A stretch of DNA of 9,477 nt, taken from the NCBI RefSeq assembly GCF_006345805.1, contig NW_021827934.1:1-9477 (forward strand), written 5' to 3'. Below, piece by piece: positions 1-7,885 of the stretch. Numbering within the stretch: position 1 is the first letter of the stretch; every line of letters begins with the position of its first letter. The DNA comes from Octopus sinensis (taxonomy: Eukaryota). Below the pieces are notes generated by a model. The model had not been told where the DNA came from, ran no database searches, and was given only the letters and a program-made list of their open reading frames with translations. The position numbers and the translations under genes were made by a program.

Positions 1-176
1 CTGTGCCGGCGGCACGAAAAAAACACCCACTACGCTCACAGAGTGGTTGGCGTTAGGAAGGGCATCCACCTGTAGAAACACTGCCAGATCATACTGGAGC
101 CTGGTGCAGCCTCCTGGCTTCCCAGACCCCGGTCAAACTGTCCAACCCGTGCTAGCACGGAAAACGGACGTTAAAC

Positions 177-212
<36 letters not shown>
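1..212 (+). mobile_element. 3' part of a SINE (or RTE-LINE-like 3' tail) ending in a (GAT)12 tail; 5' end lies outside the window
   Basis: Contains GGCGTTAGGAAGGGCATCCA, a motif I recognise from abundant cephalopod SINEs. Perfect palindrome CCGTGCTAGCACGG (147-160) precedes GGACGTTAAAC and (GAT)12 (177-212). A stem-loop plus short-tandem-repeat tail is typical of RTE-mobilised elements. Confidence 0.8.
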
Positions 213-214
<2 letters not shown>

Positions 215-330
215 CCCCTCTTTGTTTCTCTCTCCTTTCTCTCTCACTTTCCCACTCTCTTACTCTTCCTTTCTCTCGGACTCTCCCTCGCTATCTCTTA
301 CTCTCTATCTTCATCTATCTCTCTCCCATT
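213..330. repeat. Degenerate (CT)-rich low-complexity tract
   Basis: Pyrimidine-rich run of ctct/ctttct units directly after the SINE tail. Confidence 0.75.
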
Positions 331-500
331 TATAAACAACAAAAGATCTTGAGTAAGTTGAGAAATAAAATATTTAGAAAGATCAATCAGAAATATCAGG
401 CAGTAACAACGGAAAGGTCTGCTTGAAGGCAGACAGCAAAACACTAACATTTAAAAGGGACAGACGAACTTGCGAGCTGAATAAAAATAATAAAATATTG

Positions 501-787
501 GAAACCAAAGTTTGAAGGGATAGAATTTGAGGATAGTAGAGTCACCATGGCTGGCATTTCTTAACGACGGACAGCAACGTATTGACAGTTTAACGGCTGG
601 CGTAAAATTTTGAACTTGATGTAAAAGAAAATTCGTAAACACCAAGTTTTGAATTGATTCTTTCTCACGACAGTAGACTCACCATGGCAAGCATTCAAAA
701 CTTCTTCATCATGGACGGCAACACATTGACGATTTAAAGGCTGGCGCAAATTTTTTAGCTTGATGTAACAGAGAATTGCTAAACACC
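501..787. repeat. Diverged tandem repeat, ~137-bp period, about 2 copies plus a weaker partial copy upstream
   Basis: GTAGA(G/C)TCACCATGGC at 536 and 673. ATTGAC..TTTAA.GGCTGGCG.AAA, CTTGATGTAA.AGA.AATT and TAAACACC each recur at the same spacing. Confidence 0.8.
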
Positions 788-1023
788 CGCTCCTTTAAAT
801 TTTAATCCCCTTCCAGCCCCATTTAGACCCCTTTTCACATTTTGGTTAATATAACCCGATTTCATTCGGGTCTACTGGGGCCACATTTTATAAGATGAGT
901 AATTTTGTCCTAGAGGTGACGCCTTTCATTTGAGGAAAAAAATAGTTGTCATACAAACTTGCCAGCACTTTTAACATAGGTGTGCATATTTTCAGCTGAA
1001 TCGACCGACTACGAAATGCACAC

Positions 1024-1043
1024 ATTATATATATATATGTGTG

Positions 1044-1075
<32 letters not shown>

Positions 1076-1470
1076 CACGCATTATATATACAAATGTATA
1101 CAAATGAGATATATATCTGTATAAATTAAATTATAGATAAAACCACTAATAGGCAAATCAAACAGTGAAAAACCAAAAACAAAAACATTAAAAAAAATAT
1201 GATATAGAAAATATATGAAATATAAAATTGAAAAATTTTAATTACTTAAATTGAAAATAAAAATTATTAAATTATATTTATAATTTGTTTAAAAATATAT
1301 ATAACTATGAAAAAGTATGAAAAAGTTTAATATACATAAATACAGATATATATACACTTTGTATATATACATTATATATACATATTTATATATAGAACAC
1401 ACACACACACACACACACATACATTATATATACATATTTATATATAGAACACATACACACACACATATAA
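1024..1470. repeat. (TA)n/(TG)n/(CA)n microsatellites and AT-rich low-complexity DNA, including a 52-bp-period direct duplication
   Basis: TACATTATATATACATATTTATATATAGAACACA occurs at ~1368 and ~1420; dinucleotide tracts are directly visible. Confidence 0.9.
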
Positions 1471-1871
1471 ATGAACACAAGAATATCTGATTCATAATAT
1501 TTGTTCTCCTGCTCGAGTGTTGGTGACAGACAGATACATAAAAGAAGCCTATGTGATGGGAAGGTAAGAAACAGAGTGAGTGAAAAAGAGAGGAAATAGC
1601 GAGAGTGACAGATACGTTAAATAACGGGAGTGGACTTATCAAAGTTATAAATGAAGAGGAGTGAGAGGGTAATGGAGGAAATAGTGTGAGTGAGGACGAT
1701 GGACCCTAGCAACCACACCTTTTAAGATAGGGATTTCTAAGGTAGCCCACGAGCATCGTCACCTCATTCTACATGTCCCTGTAAATTTTGGAGCGAATCG
1801 GACGGGATGTAGTGGCATTGAAAGCGATCCAAGCGGTAAAAACGCATTTCAGTTTTATGTATAATATATAT

Positions 1872-1904
<33 letters not shown>

Positions 1905-2042
1905 GGGAGATGTACTCGCATAGCAAGTAATTTGATCTGAGATCGTGTGCTGAAACGAAAACAATTGCAGCGTGGAAGATGTTTATAAGCCATTTAAGAA
2001 ACACACAAAAGCCGTTCGATTCATTTCAACATTTAAGTTTAA

Positions 2043-2092
2043 TTTGTCAAAATATTTTCGTCGCTAAAATCCGCAACCTGTTCACTGACAAA
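2043..2092 (-). ncRNA. Type I hammerhead ribozyme-like motif, G3-C8 core variant
   Basis: Minus strand: TTTGTCA | GTGAACA | G | GTTGC-GGATTTTA-GCGAC | GAA | AATATT | T | TGACAAA. Perfect 7-bp stem I, 5-bp stem II (one G-U), palindromic stem III, and a core with C3 and G8 swapped to G3 and C8. The cleavage triplet would be UUU, which is suboptimal. Confidence 0.65.
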
Positions 2093-2106
2093 GTCCGTGC
2101 TGATAG

Positions 2107-2153
2107 AAAACTGTCCGACGAACGGCAACGGGAAACTCAGAGTAACAGATTTT
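2107..2153 (+). ncRNA. Type I hammerhead ribozyme-like motif (U4 to C variant)
   Basis: AAAACTGT | CCGACGA | A | CGG-CAA-CGG | GAA | ACTC-A-GAGT | A | ACAG-A-TTTT. Stem I is CTGT/ACAG extended by AAAA/TTTT; stem III is near-palindromic; GUA cleavage site after 2144. One core mismatch (CCGA for CUGA) and one stem II mismatch. Confidence 0.65.
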
Positions 2154-2240
2154 GTTGAATTTTCTGCTGCTTTAAATAAAGTATATATATATATATATAT
2201 ATATAATTAATCAAAATAAAAACATGATGCCAAGGATTCA

Positions 2241-2318
2241 GCGGTACATATGTTTCGGGCCTTTATTAGACGGATTTATAACAATGCATAATGTATGTCT
2301 GTGGCCTTCTTCAGCCGC
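2241..2318 (-). ncRNA. Type I hammerhead ribozyme-like motif with intact core and long stem II
   Basis: Minus strand: GCGG | CTGAAGA | A | GGCC...GGCC C | GAA | ACATATGT | A | CCGC. 4-bp all-GC stem I, palindromic 8-nt stem III, GUA site. AGAC/GTCT can pair inside the stem II loop. One extra C sits before GAAA. Confidence 0.5.
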
Positions 2319-3027
2319 GCACAACTTCCACAAGGACATGTATTACATCAAAAGTTCTTGGTTGGGGATGCAAATCCTCTCGTTCGCGTACGACATAATG
2401 CGGCAACAGCATAAAAATGAAGCGTCCATCTCGAATTTCTATATATATATATATATACGGTGGTTGTCTATTGGTTATGCGGAGTCTGACCACCTCTAGT
2501 ACTTACGCCTTAGATCCAACATGGCGTCTGATGTGGCTTCTTAAACCAGAAAATGTATTTTAAAGACACCCACATAGATTGCATATCTGATGTGGACCAC
2601 TAAGAGCTACGGTTAATTTCTGATCTTTGTATATCTTAAAATGTCTTTTGAGGCCTCCGTTAGATTTACAGACCTTTTATCATACACAGCATTGAAAGGT
2701 GTGCACAGATATATAGTCGGAGTAGTTGGTGGGAGTTCGTTGCTGTTGGGTCCTCAAATGAGATTTGAGCCCACCAAAAGAAAGGCACAGTCTGTCACAA
2801 ATATATATATATATATATATCATCGCACCGATGATCTACGGACATTTATGTAAGTAAACTTACGTAATATGTTAATAGTGTAACATGTATGCGAATAATC
2901 TATATTTTTATTGCTTTTTCTTTTGTCGATTACGTTTTGGTTGTTTTGCTAAATTTTTCTTGAGAATATTTCTTAGTGGTAAGACCATAGCGGATCTATT
3001 TCTAACATAAGGGTGTCCACGTAGTGG

Positions 3028-3039
3028 TATCCCTCTAAC

Positions 3040-3115
<76 letters not shown>

Positions 3116-3465
3116 ATATATATATAGATAATATATATATATATATATAATTTATATATATATATATATATATGCATGGAGTCGAACCAGGGACAGCTGA
3201 TGAAGGGGAATATTCCTTGTATTGTTTGTCTTGTACTCTGTTTTTTCGTTGTTAAAAAAAGTCCGTTTCCATGTTTGTTTTTATGTTTTCGTTTCTCGTT
3301 GAGTTCTACGTCTATTTGTGGTGTCCTGTACTCATTTATATATATATACATACACACACACACACACACACACACACTATATATATATATATATGCATGT
3401 ATATATACATGTAGATGTAGGTACGTACATATATGTATGTATGTTTGCATATATTTTATTTATTA
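3028..3465 (+). mobile_element. Dispersed repeat, copy A (homologous to 7886-8150), interrupted by (TA)n and (CA)n tracts; begins with a decayed permuted HHR-like motif
   Basis: Shares TGTC(C/T)TGTACTC...TATGTTTTCGTTTCTC...GGTGTCCTGTACTCAT and TATATATACATGTAGA(T/G)GTAGGTACGTACATATATGT with copy B. TATCCCTC (3028-3035) pairs with GGGGAATA (3205-3212) right after CTGATGA-A (3197-3204). Confidence 0.7.
3043..3173. repeat. Imperfect (TA)n microsatellite, ~130 bp
   Basis: Directly visible; flanked by CATG on both sides. Confidence 0.95.
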
Positions 3466-3500
<35 letters not shown>

Positions 3501-3502
<2 letters not shown>

Positions 3503-3650
3503 ACGGACGTCTATCAGATCCACTCACAATGCTTTTGTGAACCTGAGGCTATAGTAGAATGCAGTAACCCAAGGTACCACGCAATAGGATTGAACCCGGA
3601 ACCACATGACTGGGAAACAAATGTCTTAGCACACAGCCATGCCTGCGCCT
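3501..3650 (-). mobile_element. tRNA-derived (CORE-like) SINE, head and core region, followed by (TA)n
   Basis: Minus strand AGGCGCAGGCATGGCTGTGTGCTAAG... with A-box-like TGGCTGTGTGC (3639-3629) and B-box GGTTCAATCC (3596-3587). CORE-like GTACCTTGGGTTACTGCATTCTACTATAGCC follows. It resembles octopus tRNA-SINE families as I recall them. Confidence 0.85.
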
Positions 3651-3688
3651 CCACTGTTGCATGTACTATTTTATTAATCCGAAAAACT

Positions 3689-3734
3689 TTACAACACCGT
3701 TGCTTAGTGTTTCCTGTGACCGTTCATCAGATAA
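3689..3734 (-). ncRNA. Type I hammerhead ribozyme-like motif with intact core
   Basis: Minus strand: TTAT | CTGATGA | A | CGG-TCA-CAG | GAA | ACAC(T)-AAGCAAC-(G)GTGT | T | GTAA. All core nucleotides are present; stem III is 4-5 bp and stem I 4 bp (one G-U); stem II is weak; the triplet is GUU. Confidence 0.5.
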
Positions 3735-3778
3735 TCGTGAAAATACGGAATGATTAAATCATGTGCGTATACACAATA

Positions 3779-4320
3779 TTGACCAGAGAGGAAAGTGTTT
3801 GTCTCCAATCCTTTCAGACGCATCCACCAGATACATTCTTTCGCTATAGCCACAAGGATGATGAAAATAGCTCTTCATTCCTGTTTGAAGGAAAGAGGCG
3901 TGACAATATTGACGATAGACTCGACTGATAAACCGGCTCATCCTACACGTGACAGCAGTTGTTCGACATAAGCCCACAGGTCGGAAATTGTTGGACACTG
4001 CACGAGTGCATGCAGAACGGTTTCGTCGCTCTGACCGCATCTCGGGCAGGTCGGCCTCGTGTTTCTCGAGCCGTGTCTGTAGAGCTTATCCCGAACAGGT
4101 AGCACTTCTCGGTAGCACTGCCAGGCCAGGGATCTCTGGAAGTTGTCCATGGGCCCTGGCCCGAAAGTCGTCCTGAACAGGCGGGTCAGGTATTCCTCGT
4201 CGACGTCCAGGTTCGCCCCGAGCTCGTCGTCGTACCTCCCCTCCACTAATCCCCTATAGAATGCTTGGGTTGTGTTGGAGTCACTCAAGGTCGACCCGGG
4301 ACCGCAGAGTTGCTTGACAC
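3779..4320 (-). pseudogene. LINE ORF2 C-terminal region with CCHC / zf-RVT-like motif
   Basis: Reads ...FQRSLAWQCYREVLPVRDKL...CPRCGQSDETVLHALVQC (Cys motif at 4048-3995). It continues in frame through TGA at 3938-3940 and 3875-3877 to AIFIILVAIAKECIWWMRLKGLETNTFLSGQ, where similarity stops at ~3779. Confidence 0.85.
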
Positions 4321-5486
4321 ATGTTTTAATTGGCTCGAGTAATTTGCGCCCCTGTTCATCTACCCGAGACCGAATGATGACTTTGTTGCTCGTTGCGCCT
4401 CCACCTCCCGGGCCTCTTGCGCGGTTCCAACACCTTCATTCCTTAGAGTACGCATCCTAGCCCTTGATAACACACCTTTCGTGTTTGGCGTTGAAATGTT
4501 GGTCGAGGGCCAATCTCGCCGCCAAAACGTCGGATGCGATGCCATTTCTTAACTAGGTCACCCTCTACTTGGTTTCTATCTATGGCTAGTGCTTTGCTAT
4601 ACCTAATCGCTTCTGCTTTTACTGCTCTCTTGAGGGGAGCAAACCACCATTTGTTTTTGATGATGGCTCCCGTCAAAGCCCTGTTTACAAGCGTGCTAAT
4701 CCGGTCTTTGAAAACCTGTCTCGACGGGAAAGACGCATTCAGTTTTCAGTAACCGGGGCCCTGCCTATGTGTCTTACCTAAGTCTAGCGTACACGTCACA
4801 AGTTTGTGATCTGTGTAGCTGACTATGTGGAATTGTGGATATCCTAGGCTATCTCTATCTACTACCCTACATAGTATCCTATCTAGGTACGATCTCGATG
4901 ACCCAATGCGGTTGTTCCACATCCACGTTGGCGCATTCGGGTGGTCGAGTCGGTACTTGTCAGGCAGTTGTAAGCGTCTGAGCAGGTCTCTGAGGTATTT
5001 GCAACCCTTCCTATTACTATTTCTGTCCACGTCGTCTAGATGCATGTCCGAGGTAGCATTCCAATGCCCCACTAAAAGTAAAGAACGAGACGTTCCTACG
5101 AATACTTCTAAACGTCGAACGAAATCCGGCCGTCCTGTTAAAGGCGGTGCGTAGACTGATATGAGTCGAAAAGTATACCCGTTGCTGCCGTCGACATCCA
5201 GGACTACCAGTCTACCCTCCGGGTCTACGAATATCGTCTTTACTTCGAGATCCAGATTATTGTGAAGAAGTACCGTCGTGCCACCACCGCCCATTCTCGG
5301 CAGACAGGGAGAAAAATGAATGTTAATCTGTCCGCCAAACATGGACTTTAGGGCCCGTGGATTATGGAGTCTGGTCTCGCTTATGTCTATGATATCTAAC
5401 TTGTGTGACTTTATGTCATTTAAGAGGTACCCTTGTTTCCAATGGGACCACAAGCCACGCGCATTCACACAACCAATCTTGATCAT
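4321..5486 (-). pseudogene. LINE ORF2 N-terminus: APE-like endonuclease plus linker
   Basis: Motifs NARGL, SETR, YAP, GHWN (degenerate GDxN), LDRI and TDHKLV. In-frame TGA at 4746-4748 replaces the Trp of GPGYW. The linker continues (KLNASF...NKWWFAPLKRAVK...) with apparent frameshifts near 4545, 4462 and 4390. Confidence 0.9.
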
Positions 5487-5530
5487 AATCCTAATGAGTT
5501 AAAACACAAATGAAAGGAACAGAGTGTTAC

Positions 5531-6835
5531 TTACTGCCCGAAAGTTTTTGCTGTCTCCTCCAGTTTATCCTCGAAGAGACCCCAATAAAGTTTTTTCGAA
5601 AGGTATTTCTGGCATTTACCAACCGCAGCAGGGTAAATGGCTTTTAGTCTGTAGTGAAGGCTTGGTGAGATGTGCAATAGTTTGATGTGTTCCGGTGGTG
5701 ATGTGTGTGGGTAGTTTTCGTTTTTATGTCATCTTTTGTTAAGTTTGTTTTTGATTTGATGTATTCCATCAACTTTGTGCTTTTAGCGTTTATGGCTGTG
5801 AGAATGGTTGCTGTATAAGTTTTTGTGGTGTTGGTGTTGATGTTGCTGTTGTTTACGTTAGGTTTCGAAATGTCTACGGGAGTTGTGTATCTCCATGCTT
5901 TATTCGCGTTTGCATTTGGTTTGGTTCTTTTTTCGCTCATTTTCTTCATTCCTTTTTTGGCTATTTGCCATTCCTCACTGCTTTCGTCTTCCAACGAAAT
6001 TTCTGAGGAATCAGAAGGGGTAGGGGAATGTTGTAAGCTTCTATGTATGTTTGTGTAAGCTGTTATGTTGTTTTCGTTGATGCTGGTTCTGGTTTGTTTG
6101 TGTGTGGTGTATGTGATGTATGGGAAGGGGAATTGTCGTACTCCCTTTGCTTGTATTCTGTAGTTGTTGTTGTTCTTGTTGTTTTTGTTGTTCCTCCGCT
6201 GTTGGGCAATTAGTTTTTAGGTGCTCTTCGCTGCCACACAAGTAACAGCGAGGCCTACATTCTATCACCACGTAGAGGTTATAGCCGTCTGGCAGCTCAG
6301 TTTGGTGTGGGATGCTATTGATTGGATCCTGATCTATTTGCATAAGCGACTGAATCGTTTTCCCCGACCAATTTTGTTGCTCTAAGACAGCAATCACCAA
6401 GATGTTTATGTTCTCCTCCATGTTGTAACAAGTGGCGGACAACAGCCATTGTATCTCTACTCCCGGAGGGACATTTTTTATTGAGATTTTGCTCACACGT
6501 TGACCAAGGTACTTCGGAATCAAAATTAGTTTCTCAGACTGTAGGATGAGTGTTGAAAGTTCTTTGGCCTTTTCTTCGCTGTTGAAGCGGACTTGTATTG
6601 TCTCATATCTCTTCCACCAGTTCACATAATGCTTATATGCCCATATCGGACACAAACCTTTTTTTTTATCAGTACATGTGGTGCTTACTCTGGTCTGCGT
6701 GTTTTCGCGTTAATGATTTTATACACGATTGTTCTTTTTTATGAGGTGTCTATGATATTTTGTGGGATGTTGAGGTATAGATTTGAACCTTCTTGAGCAA
6801 AGAGGGACTGAAGTGTAGTATTGTCTTTTTGTTTT

Positions 6836-6836
<1 letters not shown>
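5531..6836 (-). pseudogene. LINE ORF1 (gag-like nucleic-acid-binding protein), frameshifted
   Basis: Zinc knuckle CYLCGSEEHLKTNC at 6247-6206, with an RRM-like segment (TIQVRFNSEEKAKEL) upstream. Joining frames by hand extends the ORF 5' to the (AGAT)n tract and 3' to ...HYRLKAIYP...KLEETAKTFGQ-TAA (5533-5531), 44 bp before the ORF2 ATG. Confidence 0.75.

Positions 6837-6928
<92 letters not shown>
6837..6928. repeat. Perfect (AGAT)23 microsatellite followed by a compound TA/CA tract to ~7075
   Basis: Directly visible; abuts the 5' end of the LINE remnant. Confidence 0.97.
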
Positions 6929-6931
<3 letters not shown>

Positions 6932-7299
6932 GGTATATATACACATACATATATATATATACACACACATACATACAAACAGATATATATATATATACAC
7001 GTAGATACCGACAAATACACATACACAACTCACATATAATATAACGTATAAGTACACACACACATATATATAAGACAAGTTATATATTTTTCCTTTATTA
7101 AAGCAACCACGGATTTACAATATAGAATTGTGGTGAACCATAACCTTGAACCTTGCTATAAGCATACCTGGAGTGGTTCACCAATCTAAGCAATACTGGT
7201 AGCTTGATGTGACAAAAGAGAGCTTATGAAGTATTTTGCCCAGGTTGATTAAACCCTTACTATTAGCTCTCTCTATATATACATATATATGCGTGCATT

Positions 7300-7347
<48 letters not shown>

Positions 7348-7453
7348 CATTCAAAAATGAGGGTGAAAAGTTAGATATTAATTTAATAATACCCTTATTT
7401 TAACACCAAGCGACCTAGCACATAACAAACCAGGGAGACGATGCATATTTATC

Positions 7454-7636
7454 CGTAAATATAAGAGAGTTAACGTTAAATAGGTTAACTCTAATGCTAG
7501 AAATAGCTCCTCCGGTATAATCGCTGACGATACCTCCACATCGAAATAGCACTACCCTGAACGTAAGGAAAGTGAAATACAACTAAAAAGTAGCACTAGA
7601 GTTAACCTATTTAACGTTAACTCTCTTATATTTACG
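7454..7636. mobile_element. 183-bp element with 46-bp terminal inverted repeats (MITE- or foldback-like)
   Basis: 7454-7499 and 7591-7636 are reverse complements with 1 mismatch. The right end abuts (TA)n. No clear TSD on the left. Confidence 0.7.
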
Positions 7637-7885
7637 TATATATATATATATATATATCTTGTTCTCCCTGTCCTGTCTTTTACTGTTATATATATATATT
7701 TTTTACTGTTTATATATATATATTTTTTTTTTTACTGTTTATATTTTTGTACTGTCGTTACTGTCCTGTTTTTTTTTACCATTTGTTTTACCATTTTTTA
7801 CCCGTCTGCGAAAAGATCTCAGAATTTTAATTGATTTGCTTTTCGCAGGAAGGAAAGTTTCTTGTCGAAGATACGTCTCGCTTTT

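Larger units (their letters stand above)
1905..2182. mobile_element. Short non-coding interspersed element embedded in (TA)n, carrying HHR-like motifs on both strands (Penelope-derived or retrozyme-like)
   Basis: Sharp boundaries: (TA)n-GGGAGATG at 1905 and AAATAAAG-(TA)n at 2182. No ORF. Two HHR folds inside (next two features). Confidence 0.65.
3779..6836 (-). mobile_element. Decayed L1/Tx1-clade non-LTR retrotransposon (ORF1 + ORF2), truncated at both ends, RT domain deleted
   Basis: ORF1 has a CX2CX4HX4C knuckle. ORF2 has an N-terminal APE endonuclease followed by GPGY*KLN (the L1/Tx1 GPGYWKLN motif) and a C-terminal CPRCG...ETVLHALVQC motif. Several stops and frameshifts. No poly(A) tail, TSD or RT motif seen. 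Confidence 0.9.

Noticed and set aside
178-426. 82-aa ORF starting with poly-Met
   Set aside because: Translation of the (ATG)n SINE tail and the CT-rich tract; no protein-like signal.
330-530. Hydrophobic minus-strand translation resembling a membrane-protein exon
   Set aside because: Expected from an A-rich plus strand; interrupted by stops and no splice context could be supported.
561-749. Minus-strand ORF with NACHGESTVV, faintly like a mariner transposase N-terminus
   Set aside because: Only a few residues match, the ORF lies inside the 137-bp tandem repeat, and there are no TIRs or DDD domain nearby.
980-1023. GTGTGCAT...ATGCACAC inverted repeat enclosing CTGAATC...GAAA
   Set aside because: The core does not fit CUGANGA, even with a 3-8 swap, and there is no UH site; a short AT-rich hairpin could be chance.
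1691-1766. Imperfect inverted repeat TGAG-GACGATG / CATCGTC-AC-CTCA
   Set aside because: Short and interrupted; within chance expectation for a window of this size.
2522-2575. CTGATGTGG-CTTCTTAAA-CCAGAAA as another hammerhead (TCTGATGTGG repeats at ~2585)
   Set aside because: A9 is missing and no stem I can form without using core nucleotides.
2908-3554. Long ORFs rich in YI/HT/CV repeats (also 888-1103, 1424-1642, 6719-7078, 8342-8927, 9068-9472)
   Set aside because: Stop-free frames produced by (TA)n, (CA)n, (AGAT)n and (CATA)n microsatellites.
3501-3650. tRNA gene
   Set aside because: A and B boxes are present but no full cloverleaf forms, and the sequence continues into a SINE core, so it is a tRNA-derived SINE.
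4746-5486. Functional 246-aa stand-alone endonuclease gene
   Set aside because: The catalytic GDxN motif reads GHWN, the ORF ends at a TGG-to-TGA nonsense change, and the surrounding element has many disabling lesions.
6837-6928. (AGAT)n as the specific target site of the Tx1-like LINE
   Set aside because: Tx1-clade elements can be microsatellite-specific, but the tract is only at the truncated 5' side; the 3' end is missing and no TSD or matching repeat lies there.
7131-7183. Perfect 10-bp inverted repeat TGGTGAACCA / TGGTTCACCA
   Set aside because: Real but isolated, with no TSD or further structure; not enough to call a MITE or ribozyme.
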